From an uncultured Gammaproteobacteria bacterium (GTDB taxonomy: Bacteria > Patescibacteriota > Patescibacteriia > Buchananbacterales > GWA2-38-13), in contig CAYJWS010000001.1 of the NCBI GenBank assembly GCA_964373925.1, positions 1-45,338 on the forward strand: 45,338 nt of DNA, written 5' to 3'. Positions 24,463 to 33,667 of this stretch are shown here, piece after piece; position 1 is the first letter of the stretch, and each line of letters starts with the position of its first letter. The position numbers and the translations under genes are program-made. Under the pieces are notes generated by a model. That model was not told the DNA's origin and made no database searches. It worked only from the letters and a program-made list of their open reading frames with translations.

Positions 24463-27400
24463 TTATATTATTCTAAATCCCGTACCGGCGGGAATGAGCC
24501 TCCCGATAATGACGTTCTCCTTCAAGCCTTCAAGCCTGTCTATTTTTCCCTGCACTGCGGCGTCAATGAGCACTCTTGATGTTTCTTGAAACGACGCTGC
24601 TGACAAAAAGCTTGATGTCGAAAGTGAAACTTTGGTAATTCCCAACAACAGCCTCTCGCCTTCAGCGGGCTTTCCCCCAAGCTTCACTACTTTTTCATTT
24701 TCCAGTTCAAACTCTCTCCACTCAACTCGGCTTCCCGCAAAAAATCTCGTATCGCCCGCGTCTTTCACATATACTCGCGAGAACATTTGCTTGGCGATAA
24801 TTTCAATATGCTTGTCATTAAGTTTTTGTCCCTGCGAGGTATAAATATTTTGAATTTCTTTGACAATATATCTCTGCGTCTCCATAAAACCCTTGTATTT
24901 GTAAATCTGCTTCAAGTCAAGGCTACCGTCGGTAAGCGCATCGCCCGCAGAAACCAAGTCGCCGTCCTTCACAACAATAAAAAATTCCGGCGGGATTGCA
25001 TTTTCAACGAATGTTTTGTGTTCAACCACGACAAACACCTGACTATCTTCAATCTTTACTACTCCACCGCGCTTCGCTAGAACTTTTTCACCGTCAGAAT
25101 TCACAAACAACACATCATTTTCTTTAACACTCTGACCTTCGTGAACAAGCACTTCGACTTTCTTCGCTTTCTTTGCTTTTGATTGGCGCACTACATAATC
25201 GTCTTTTTCAATGGTATCGTAAAATATTTTAACTATTTTTTTCTTGGTAAAATCTCCTTCTGCCGGCTTTTCTATTTTGACCATTCCAGTTGCTTCCGCG
25301 ATAAAAGCTTTCACTTTTGGCGAACGCGCTTCAAATATCTCTTCGACTCTCGGCAAGCCTTGCGTGATATCAACTCCTGCGACTCCTCCAGTATGGAAGG
25401 TTCTCATGGTGAGCTGCGTTCCAGGCTCTCCAATTGATTGCGCGGCAATGATTCCCGCGGCAGTTCCAATCTCAACAAGCTTATTATAGCCAAGGTCAAA
25501 TCCATAGCATTTTTTGCATGCCCCTCTTTTATTCTTGCAGTTCATTACAGAGCGCACTTTAATTTCGGCGAGATCAAGAGTTTTAAGCTTTTCAACTATT
25601 TCGGGTGTCAAAAGGTCTCCATTGGAGATAATCGGTTTTTTTGTTTTTGGATCAAGTATTGTTTCCAAAATAAAACGGTTAATAACCCTCTCAACCATAT
25701 TGACGCCTATGAGTTCGCTGTCTTTTTTTGTAAGCGTGTATCCGTCTTCATCTCCGCAGTCCTCCGCGGAAATGACCGTGTCTTGCGCTACGTCAACAAG
25801 GCGTCGAGTAAGGTATCCGGCATTCGCCGTTCTTAAGGCGGTATCCGTAAGCCCTTTTCTCGCTCCATGGGTTGAAATAAAGTATTCCAAAACGTCAAAT
25901 CCTTCTTTAAAATTCCCTTTGACGGGAAGTTCGATAATGTCTCCGCGTGGATTAGTCACAAGGCCCTTCATTCCCATAATCTGAATAAGCTGCCCCCATG
26001 AGCCTCTAGCGCCGGACTCAATCATAGTGTATATAGGACCGAGAGGATCAAGGGCGTTTTTTGAAATACCGACGACTCGATCTTTTACCTTCATCCAAAT
26101 TTCAATAATTTTGGTGTGCTTCTCGCTATCCGTAAGCAAGCCTAAGCTGTATTGCTCCTCCACTTCTGCCACGGTTTTTTCTCCTTCTTTTATCATTTCT
26201 CTTTTCTCATCAAGCGCTGGTATGTCATCCATGCCCCATGAGTATCCCGAAAGTGTGATATATCGAAATCCCAACTCCTTGATATCGTCCAAAATCTTAG
26301 CCCCTTCTGACGGATACAAGCCGATAATTTTTGAAATAATATTTTTTAATGCCGCATTTCCAACCACTTGATTAAGGTATGGAAAATCCTTCGGCAGGAT
26401 TTGGTTAAAAAGAATTCTCCCCACCGACGTTTCTAAAACTTTCCCGGAAAATTTCTTTTTTTCATCCTCCTCATACATATCCTTGCCAAGCCCTGAAACG
26501 CGAATCTTTATTTTCTCCTGAAGACCGATGACATCGTATTGATTGGCAATGATAGCTTCTTGCGAAGTTGCAAATACTTTCATCTCTTTTGTCTTTGGCT
26601 CGCTTAAAAGCGTCATGTAATAACATCCCCAAACCATATCTTTGCTCGGGCTCGCGACCGGATCTCCAGTTGCTGGCTTTAAAAGATTTTTTGAAGATAA
26701 CATGATATTTTCCGCTTCCCATTTCGCCTCTTCGGTAAGTGGAACATGAACAGCCATCTGGTCTCCGTCAAAGTCGGCGTTAAAAGCGCTGCACACCAAA
26801 GGATGCACCTGAATGGCCTTGCCTTCTATAAGCGTTGGCTTGAATGCTTGAATGCCAAGGCGATGAAGGGTTGGAGCTCTGTTTAAAAGCACGTATGCGC
26901 CCTTAATAATCTCCTCGAGAATATCCCATACTTCTGGACGGCCGCTTTCAATAAAGCGAGAGGCAGAACGCACATTGTGCACAAATCCATCCTTAATTAA
27001 CCGGCTCATGATAAAGGGCTTAAAAAGCTCTAGCGCCATCTTTTTTGGAAGGCCGCACTGATACAGCTTAAGCTTTGGCCCGACCACAATAACGCTTCTT
27101 CCGGAATAATCAATTCTTTTTCCAAGCAAATTTTGCCTAAATCGTCCCTGTTTTCCTCGCAATATATCCGCGAGGGATTTGAGCATTCGTTTCTGACCGG
27201 TAGAGGCGACAACCGTCTTTCCATGACGAGCGCTGTTGTCTATTAATGCGTCTACGGCCTCTTGAAGCATTCTTTTTTCATTCCTGCATATTACCTCCGG
27301 CGCATTAAGTTCAATAAGCTGCTTGAGGCGATTATTCCTATTGATTATTCTCCTGTAAAGATCATTAAGATCAGAAGTTGCGAATCGGCCGCCGTCTAAA

Positions 27401-28383
27401 GGGACCATCGGGCGAAGATCCGGAGGAATCACTGGAATAACGCTTAAAATCATCCAGTCGGCTTTTACGTTATTTTTAAAAAGATTTTTTGAAAGTCTCA
27501 AACGCTTAATGAGTTTTTCTTTAACCTGGCCTTGGGCTTCGTCAACTTTTTTTTCTAAATTACTAATAAGCTCTTCTATATTTAATTGATTCAAAAGCTC
27601 GGCTATGGCTTCAGCGCCAATTCCCGCCTCAAAAATATGACCGTATTTCAAAGACAAATCTTGATATTCCTGTTCAGTAATTATCTTTAACGGCTTAAGT
27701 TCTTTTAGTTCCTGCTCGGCAGCGGATACAATTTCTTGCAAATCTTCAAATTTTTTCTCTTTCAACTTTTTCAAGCTCTCTGCTTCAAGCGCGATAGCCT
27801 CTTCCATTTCTTCCTGTTTCTTTCCATGGCTCGTTTTCATTATTTTTGATCGCGCTTCGCTTACTTGCCCAAAATAATCATCGTCAATCCTTTTTTTCTT
27901 TGATTTAAATTCTTGCTTAATCTGCTCAAGCGTTGCCTTCTTGAGGTCATTATCCACTTTTGTAATAATAAAATCCGCAAAATAAATGACGCGCTCAAGG
28001 CTTTGCGGCGACAAGTCCAAAATAAGGCCGATCTTAGATGGAATGCCCCGCAAAAACCAAATATGAGAACACGGAGAAGCAAGCTTAATATGCCCCATTC
28101 TTTCGCGTCTCACAAGCGATCGCGTGACCTCGACTCCGCACTTGTCGCATACGATGCCTTTATATCGAATCTTTTTATATTTTCCGCAGTAGCATTCCCA
28201 GTCTTTTGATGGACCGAAAATCCTCTCGCAAAAAAGCCCATCACGCTCGGGTTTTTGGGTCCGATAGTTAACAGTCTCCGGCTTGAGCACTTCTCCGTGC
28301 GACCATGAATATATTTTTTCAGGAGAAGCCAAGGTAAGCCTCAACGCGTCAAAATCGATTACTTTTTTATCGTCATAATGCAT
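24463..28383 (-). CDS. rpoC: DNA-directed RNA polymerase subunit beta-prime
   Basis: 1306-aa ORF; zinc motif CYCGKYKKIRYKGIVCDKCG, catalytic NADFDGDQMAVH, bridge-helix and trigger-loop regions recognisable. Confidence 0.97.
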   Translation of the reverse strand: MHYDDKKVIDFDALRLTLASPEKIYSWSHGEVLKPETVNYRTQKPERDGLFCERIFGPSKDWECYCGKYKKIRYKGIVCDKCGVEVTRSLVRRERMGHIKLASPCSHIWFLRGIPSKIGLILDLSPQSLERVIYFADFIITKVDNDLKKATLEQIKQEFKSKKKRIDDDYFGQVSEARSKIMKTSHGKKQEEMEEAIALEAESLKKLKEKKFEDLQEIVSAAEQELKELKPLKIITEQEYQDLSLKYGHIFEAGIGAEAIAELLNQLNIEELISNLEKKVDEAQGQVKEKLIKRLRLSKNLFKNNVKADWMILSVIPVIPPDLRPMVPLDGGRFATSDLNDLYRRIINRNNRLKQLIELNAPEVICRNEKRMLQEAVDALIDNSARHGKTVVASTGQKRMLKSLADILRGKQGRFRQNLLGKRIDYSGRSVIVVGPKLKLYQCGLPKKMALELFKPFIMSRLIKDGFVHNVRSASRFIESGRPEVWDILEEIIKGAYVLLNRAPTLHRLGIQAFKPTLIEGKAIQVHPLVCSAFNADFDGDQMAVHVPLTEEAKWEAENIMLSSKNLLKPATGDPVASPSKDMVWGCYYMTLLSEPKTKEMKVFATSQEAIIANQYDVIGLQEKIKIRVSGLGKDMYEEDEKKKFSGKVLETSVGRILFNQILPKDFPYLNQVVGNAALKNIISKIIGLYPSEGAKILDDIKELGFRYITLSGYSWGMDDIPALDEKREMIKEGEKTVAEVEEQYSLGLLTDSEKHTKIIEIWMKVKDRVVGISKNALDPLGPIYTMIESGARGSWGQLIQIMGMKGLVTNPRGDIIELPVKGNFKEGFDVLEYFISTHGARKGLTDTALRTANAGYLTRRLVDVAQDTVISAEDCGDEDGYTLTKKDSELIGVNMVERVINRFILETILDPKTKKPIISNGDLLTPEIVEKLKTLDLAEIKVRSVMNCKNKRGACKKCYGFDLGYNKLVEIGTAAGIIAAQSIGEPGTQLTMRTFHTGGVAGVDITQGLPRVEEIFEARSPKVKAFIAEATGMVKIEKPAEGDFTKKKIVKIFYDTIEKDDYVVRQSKAKKAKKVEVLVHEGQSVKENDVLFVNSDGEKVLAKRGGVVKIEDSQVFVVVEHKTFVENAIPPEFFIVVKDGDLVSAGDALTDGSLDLKQIYKYKGFMETQRYIVKEIQNIYTSQGQKLNDKHIEIIAKQMFSRVYVKDAGDTRFFAGSRVEWREFELENEKVVKLGGKPAEGERLLLGITKVSLSTSSFLSAASFQETSRVLIDAAVQGKIDRLEGLKENVIIGRLIPAGTGFRII

Positions 28384-28420
28384 AAAATAAAATATAAATT
28401 ATTTGAAAAACTCAATATAA

Positions 28421-31400
28421 TTATTTTGCCTTCTTATTTTTCATTTCTTGCGCTTCTTCCATTTTTACCTTTTCCTCTTTCACCAGTTCAATATCAAGGC
28501 ACAGTCCGTTAAGCTCGCGCATAAGAACATTAAAAGACTCTGGAATATTAATATTTTTTATAGGATCGCCTTTAATTATCGACTCATAGGCTTTTGACCT
28601 TCCTGGAACATCGTCAGATTTAATGGTCAAAATTTCTTGCAGCGTATGAGCCGCTCCGTACGCTTCAAGTGCCCACACTTCCATTTCACCGAATCTCTGG
28701 CCGCCAAACTGCGCCTTGCCGCCAAGTGGCTGTTGCGTAATAAGCGAATATGGTCCGATTGATCTTTGGTGTATTTTATCCTCAACCATATGATTAAGCT
28801 TCATCATATAAATATATCCAACGGTTACTGGATTTTCAAAAGCCCTTCCCGTCCTTCCGTCATACACAGTCATCTTGCCGTCCTCTCTGAATCCAGCGCG
28901 CTTTAATTCATTTTTTATATCTTTTTCATACACACCATCAAGCGGTGGCGAAACAATCTTATATCCCAAGGTATGAGCGGCCAAGCCAAGATGCGTTTCA
29001 AGAATCTGCCCAAGGTTCATGCGCGAGACAACTCCAAGCGGACTTAAAATAATATCAATAGGAGTCCCATCTTTCAAAAATGGCATATCCTCTATTGGAA
29101 GCACAATAGAAACAACGCCTTTATTTCCATGTCGCCCTGCCATCTTGTCTCCCACTTGGATTTTTCTCAAATTAGCTATGGTAACTTGAATAGTTTTAAT
29201 AACCCCAGATGGAAGCTTGTCTCCATTTTCCCGCGAAAAAACCTTTACATCAACAACTTTTCCTTGCTCGCCATATTCAAGATACAAAGAAGTATCGCGC
29301 ACATCGCGCGCCTTTTCTCCGAAAATTGCGCGTAAAAGTTTTTCCTCGGCGGAAAGCTCAGTTTCTCCTTTTGGCGTAATTTTACCCACCAAAATATCTC
29401 CGGATGAAACCGAGGCGCCTATTCGTATCACCCCTTCCGCATCAAGGTCTTTGAGTTTTTCCTCTCCAATATTGGGAATATCAGACGTAACCACCTCGGG
29501 ACCAAGCTTGGTATCGCGCACATCAATTGAAAAGTCTTCTATATATATAGAGGTAAAATAATCTTTGTGCACTATACGCTCAGAGATAATAATTGCGTCT
29601 TCATAGTTATACCCTTCCCATGCCATAAATGCGCACAGCACATTTCTTCCCAACGCAAGTTCTCCCTTATCGGTTGCCGGCCCGTCAGCTAAAACCTCTC
29701 CTTTACGAACTTTTTGCCCCTTCTCAACTATGGGTCTCTGATCAATGCACGTGGATGCGTTTGATCGAATAAATTTGTTCAAATTATAAGTTTTAATCTC
29801 GCCTTTCTTCGCCTTTACTTGGATTTGATCGGCCTGTAATGTAATCACCTCTCCATCAACTTCGCTCAAAATAACATGGCCGGAATCAGCGGCCGCCTGC
29901 CGCTCAACACCTGTGCCAACTATGGGCGACTCCGGCATGATAACCGGAATTGCCTGGCGCTGCATGTTTGATCCCATTAAAGCTCGAACAGCATCATCGT
30001 GCTCCAAAAAAGGTATAAGGGATGTTGCTATGGAAATAATCTGGTTTGGCGCGACATCCATATAGTCTATGGTATTTACATTATCAATTTCAGGCTGTCC
30101 ATTTTTTCGTACTTCCGCAATCTCATTAATAAAATATCCATTATCATCGATTGACGTCGTTGCGGCGGTTGTAACTGTTCTTTCTTCTTGAAAAGCCGTA
30201 AGATAATGAATCTCTTTCGTGACTCGCGGCTTCACTGGAATAGTTGTAAATTCTATAATTTTTTCAAATTTTTTTGCGATACTCTCCACGATAGTCTCAC
30301 CCGCGGAAACGATGACTTTATCGCTTCTCGGATATTTGATATCTTGGCGCGCAACTTCACCTTGAGTTTCAGAGGCTGTGTTTTTTGGATCATGTATAAC
30401 CTTCCTAAAAGGCGTTTCAATAAACCCATACTCATTGATTCGCGCATATGACGCAAGGTGCCCGACAAGGCCGATATTCGGCCCCTCTGGAGTGGCTATG
30501 GGGCATATTCTCCCATAGTGAGTCTGGTGAACGTCGCGCACGTCAAATCCTGCTCGCTCGCGCGAAAGCCCTCCAGGACCCATGGCAGAAAGCCTTCTCT
30601 TGTGTTCAAGCTCTGAGAGGGGATTCGTCTGATCCATAAACTGCGAAAGCTGCGATGACATAAAAAATTCTTTCACTGATCCGATCACCGGCCTCGCGTT
30701 GATTAATTTATTCGGAGTAAGCTCATTTAAATCCATGGTGCTCATCCTGTCTTTGACGATTCTTTCCATTCTCGCAAGGCCAATCCTGAACTTATTTTGT
30801 ACAAGCTCGCCAATCGCCCTCACTCGCCTATTTCCTAAATGATCAATGTCATCCGAGTCTTTTTGTGAAATATTGAGTTTTATCACTTCTTGTATAATGC
30901 TTATGAGATCCTGGTGCAAAAGTACTCTGTTTTCTTTTGTTATGGGAATATCAAGCTTAAATTTTTGGTTTAATTTATATCTTCCCACCGTTCCAAAGTC
31001 GTATCTGTCAAAATTAAAAAACATTGAAAAAATAAGAGACTTCGCGTTGTCAGCCGTTGCCAAATCTCCAGGTCGAATTCTTTTATATATTTCTATAAGG
31101 CCTTCATTTTGATTTTTGCTCGGATCTTTTCCCAGCGTTGAGTGAATAAACGAATTATCAGGATCTAGTTCCAAATCTTTAAACAGATCGAGTATCTCTT
31201 CATCCGAGCTGTAGCCAAAGGCACGAAGAAGCGCTGTAACCGCGACCTTTCTTTTTCTATCTATTTTCACCCATAAGACCTTATTAAGGTCTGTTTCAAT
31301 CTCAAGCCATGATCCGCGGTTTGGAATAATTTTTGCCCCGTAATATTTTTGCTCATTAATAACCTCGGAGGTAAAAAATACTCCAGCGGAGCGAATAAGC

Positions 31401-31798
31401 TGCGAAACAACGACGCGCTCAACTCCGTTTATAATGAATGTTCCTCGATCCGTCATAAGAGGAAAATCGCCCAAAAAAACTTCCTGTTCGACGACTTTTT
31501 TTGTTCGGTTATTAACCAGTTTCACGCTGACGCGCAGAGGCGCCTCGTAGCTTAAATTTTTCTTCTTCGTAGCCACTTCATCAAATTTCGGCTCGTCGAG
31601 GTAATAATCGCCAAAATAGATTTCCAAATCCCTTCCTATAAAATCTTTTATGGGCGAGACTTCATCAAATAATTCTTTGAGTCCTTCTTTTAAAAACCAA
31701 TCATAGGATTTTTTCTGGACATCCACGAGGTCAGCGAGAGGAATTGCCTCCTTATTTTTTCCAAATCGCTTCCTTGTTATGAGAGGGATAGTATTCAT
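28421..31798 (-). CDS. rpoB: DNA-directed RNA polymerase subunit beta
   Basis: 1125-aa ORF; [56 protein letters not shown]. Confidence 0.97.
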   Translation of the reverse strand: MNTIPLITRKRFGKNKEAIPLADLVDVQKKSYDWFLKEGLKELFDEVSPIKDFIGRDLEIYFGDYYLDEPKFDEVATKKKNLSYEAPLRVSVKLVNNRTKKVVEQEVFLGDFPLMTDRGTFIINGVERVVVSQLIRSAGVFFTSEVINEQKYYGAKIIPNRGSWLEIETDLNKVLWVKIDRKRKVAVTALLRAFGYSSDEEILDLFKDLELDPDNSFIHSTLGKDPSKNQNEGLIEIYKRIRPGDLATADNAKSLIFSMFFNFDRYDFGTVGRYKLNQKFKLDIPITKENRVLLHQDLISIIQEVIKLNISQKDSDDIDHLGNRRVRAIGELVQNKFRIGLARMERIVKDRMSTMDLNELTPNKLINARPVIGSVKEFFMSSQLSQFMDQTNPLSELEHKRRLSAMGPGGLSRERAGFDVRDVHQTHYGRICPIATPEGPNIGLVGHLASYARINEYGFIETPFRKVIHDPKNTASETQGEVARQDIKYPRSDKVIVSAGETIVESIAKKFEKIIEFTTIPVKPRVTKEIHYLTAFQEERTVTTAATTSIDDNGYFINEIAEVRKNGQPEIDNVNTIDYMDVAPNQIISIATSLIPFLEHDDAVRALMGSNMQRQAIPVIMPESPIVGTGVERQAAADSGHVILSEVDGEVITLQADQIQVKAKKGEIKTYNLNKFIRSNASTCIDQRPIVEKGQKVRKGEVLADGPATDKGELALGRNVLCAFMAWEGYNYEDAIIISERIVHKDYFTSIYIEDFSIDVRDTKLGPEVVTSDIPNIGEEKLKDLDAEGVIRIGASVSSGDILVGKITPKGETELSAEEKLLRAIFGEKARDVRDTSLYLEYGEQGKVVDVKVFSRENGDKLPSGVIKTIQVTIANLRKIQVGDKMAGRHGNKGVVSIVLPIEDMPFLKDGTPIDIILSPLGVVSRMNLGQILETHLGLAAHTLGYKIVSPPLDGVYEKDIKNELKRAGFREDGKMTVYDGRTGRAFENPVTVGYIYMMKLNHMVEDKIHQRSIGPYSLITQQPLGGKAQFGGQRFGEMEVWALEAYGAAHTLQEILTIKSDDVPGRSKAYESIIKGDPIKNINIPESFNVLMRELNGLCLDIELVKEEKVKMEEAQEMKNKKAK

Positions 31799-32047
31799 AA
31801 AGAATTCTTCATTGATAAATGTATTAAAAAAATTTTAAAAATAACGAAAAAATTGAATTGAAAATTGTGCAGGTGATTTTAAAAAAATATTTCAGAGCAA
31901 AAAACAGCTCCTCTCATTTTTTTTGAGACGAGTTTTATGAAAATTTTACAATATGGTTGGAGTGATAATACCCACTATCTAAAGGTAAAATGAATTAAAT
32001 TATCGATGACTCGATATAGCGGGATTTTTTCTTTGAGTTTCTTCATT

Positions 32048-32076
32048 AGTTTAACATAAAAGAAAATGCTTGTCAA
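32048..32076 (-). promoter_or_regulatory. sigma70-like promoter candidate for rpoBC
   Basis: minus strand TTGACA (32076-32071), 17-nt spacer, TAAACT (32053-32048); would leave a ~240-nt leader. Confidence 0.4.
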
Positions 32077-32175
32077 ATTTTTTAAACCTAAACCCTCTTT
32101 TTTTGAAAAATTATTATATAAATATCTAAAATAAGAGAAAAAATCAATAAAATTCAAACTCCAATTACTAAAATT

Positions 32176-32225
32176 TTTGAGGTTTGGCGCTTGGGATTTA
32201 TTTGAGGTTTGGCGCTTGGGATTTG
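32176..32225. repeat. perfect tandem duplication (2 x 25 nt) spanning the Mur ligase stop codon
   Basis: TTTGAGGTTTGGCGCTTGGGATTT at 32176-32199 and again at 32201-32224; the stop codon (32198-32200) sits at the junction, so copy 2 encodes the C-terminal KSQAPNLK and copy 1 is untranslated. Confidence 0.85.
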
Positions 32226-33550
32226 AAATTTTTTTGGAATACTTTTCGTAATTCTTCTCTTGCCACTCTTCGATCATCCCATGGAATTTTTTCATTGTCT
32301 TTCACTACTATCGCCTGCTCGCACCCTTTTCCCGTAATAAGCACAATATCTTTTGCTTGGGCGAGTGACAATGCTTTTCGAATTGCTTCTCTGCGATCAA
32401 GCAATATAAAAAGATTTTCATTTTCCTTTTTACCCATTTCTTTTGCGCCTTGCGCCACTTCGTTGATAATTTCCATAGGATCATCGTCATAAGGATCTTC
32501 ATTGGTCGCTATGACGTAGTCAGAAAATTTTCCCGCCATCCTCCCTAAAACTTTCCTTCGCGTCCGATCGCGCCCGCCTCCGCATGATCCAAAAACATGG
32601 ATTATTTTATTTTTATCTAAAAACTCAAGCGTTTTATAGAGCTTGCTTACTCCCTGAGGTTCTGGCGCGTAATCAACAATAACGGTAAAGTCCTGCCCTT
32701 CATTGATGAATTCCATCCGACCGGGAACAATAATATTTTCAAATGCGTGTTGCGCTTTTTGTATTTTTAATCCTAATCCGAAAACCGCCGACAGGGCGGC
32801 AAGCGCATTATAGACATTATGCATGCCTAAAAGATTCGTTGAAAATGCAATATCGCGCAAAGAAAATCGCGAACCGCCCGGCTTGAGGTCAATATCTTTG
32901 GCGCGCAGCTCTTCTATGCCCGCGATATCGTACGATCCCGATGCGCCAAATCCAATTTTTATATCGGCAAAAAATTGGAGAAAAAATGGGGCATGAGCGT
33001 CATCAAGATTCACTACGATGATTTTTTTAATTTTTTTTCCTTCTATTGTTTTTCGCGGCATTTTTGTAAGATGCGAAAAAAACTTTCCTTTTGCTCTTTT
33101 GTAATTTTCAAATCCTCCATGAGCTTCAATGTGCTCCGGCGTAAGATTGGTAAAAACCGCGACATCATAATTGATGCCAATATGGCGGAATTGCTCAACT
33201 CCTTGCGATGACGTTTCAATTATGGCGTAAACGCATTGGGCGTCAAACATCTGCTTGAGAAATTTTTGCAAAATGAACTTTCCCGGCATTGTCATCTTCA
33301 TGTCATTGAGGTATCGCTTCTCTCCAACCTGAATTTCCGAGGTTGAAACAAATCCTACTTTGTGCCCAAGCGCCATAAGCGCTTGAGCGATAAGTCGCAC
33401 GGTAGTCGACTTGCCGTTGGTGCCGGTAACGCCAATAACGATCATTTTTTTTGACGGATTTCCATAGTAAAAAGAGGCAAACCTTGCAAGAAAAAAATGA
33501 TACAAAGAAATAAACGGGCGCGGTATAAATTTTTTAATATTATATGGCAT
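32198..33550 (-). CDS. murE: Mur ligase family protein, MurE-like
   Basis: 450-aa ORF; P-loop GVTGTNGKSTT, IIETSSQG, FTNLTPEHIEAHG, C-terminal domain GKGCEQ; short N-terminal domain; amino-acid specificity not determinable by eye. Confidence 0.75.
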   Translation of the reverse strand: MPYNIKKFIPRPFISLYHFFLARFASFYYGNPSKKMIVIGVTGTNGKSTTVRLIAQALMALGHKVGFVSTSEIQVGEKRYLNDMKMTMPGKFILQKFLKQMFDAQCVYAIIETSSQGVEQFRHIGINYDVAVFTNLTPEHIEAHGGFENYKRAKGKFFSHLTKMPRKTIEGKKIKKIIVVNLDDAHAPFFLQFFADIKIGFGASGSYDIAGIEELRAKDIDLKPGGSRFSLRDIAFSTNLLGMHNVYNALAALSAVFGLGLKIQKAQHAFENIIVPGRMEFINEGQDFTVIVDYAPEPQGVSKLYKTLEFLDKNKIIHVFGSCGGGRDRTRRKVLGRMAGKFSDYVIATNEDPYDDDPMEIINEVAQGAKEMGKKENENLFILLDRREAIRKALSLAQAKDIVLITGKGCEQAIVVKDNEKIPWDDRRVAREELRKVFQKNFKSQAPNLK

Positions 33551-33610
33551 AATATTCTGATACTATATTATAATAAATGCTGATTTCTGTAAATTCGCGA
33601 GTTGCCAAAA

Positions 33611-33650
33611 AACAAAAACCGCCCCGAGTTTTGTCGTTGGGCGGTTTTTG
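33611..33650 (-). terminator. terminator after the 941-aa dockerin-module protein (bidirectional shape)
   Basis: stem AACCGCCC/GGGCGGTT flanked by an A-run and a T-run. Confidence 0.7.
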
Positions 33651-33667
33651 CGATAATGAGATATTTT

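Noticed and set aside
31975-32295. 106-aa ORF on the minus strand in the rpoB upstream region
   Set aside because: It overlaps the 3' end of the Mur ligase gene and the tandem duplication, is K/N/F-rich low complexity and has no start signals. It was probably opened by the duplication.
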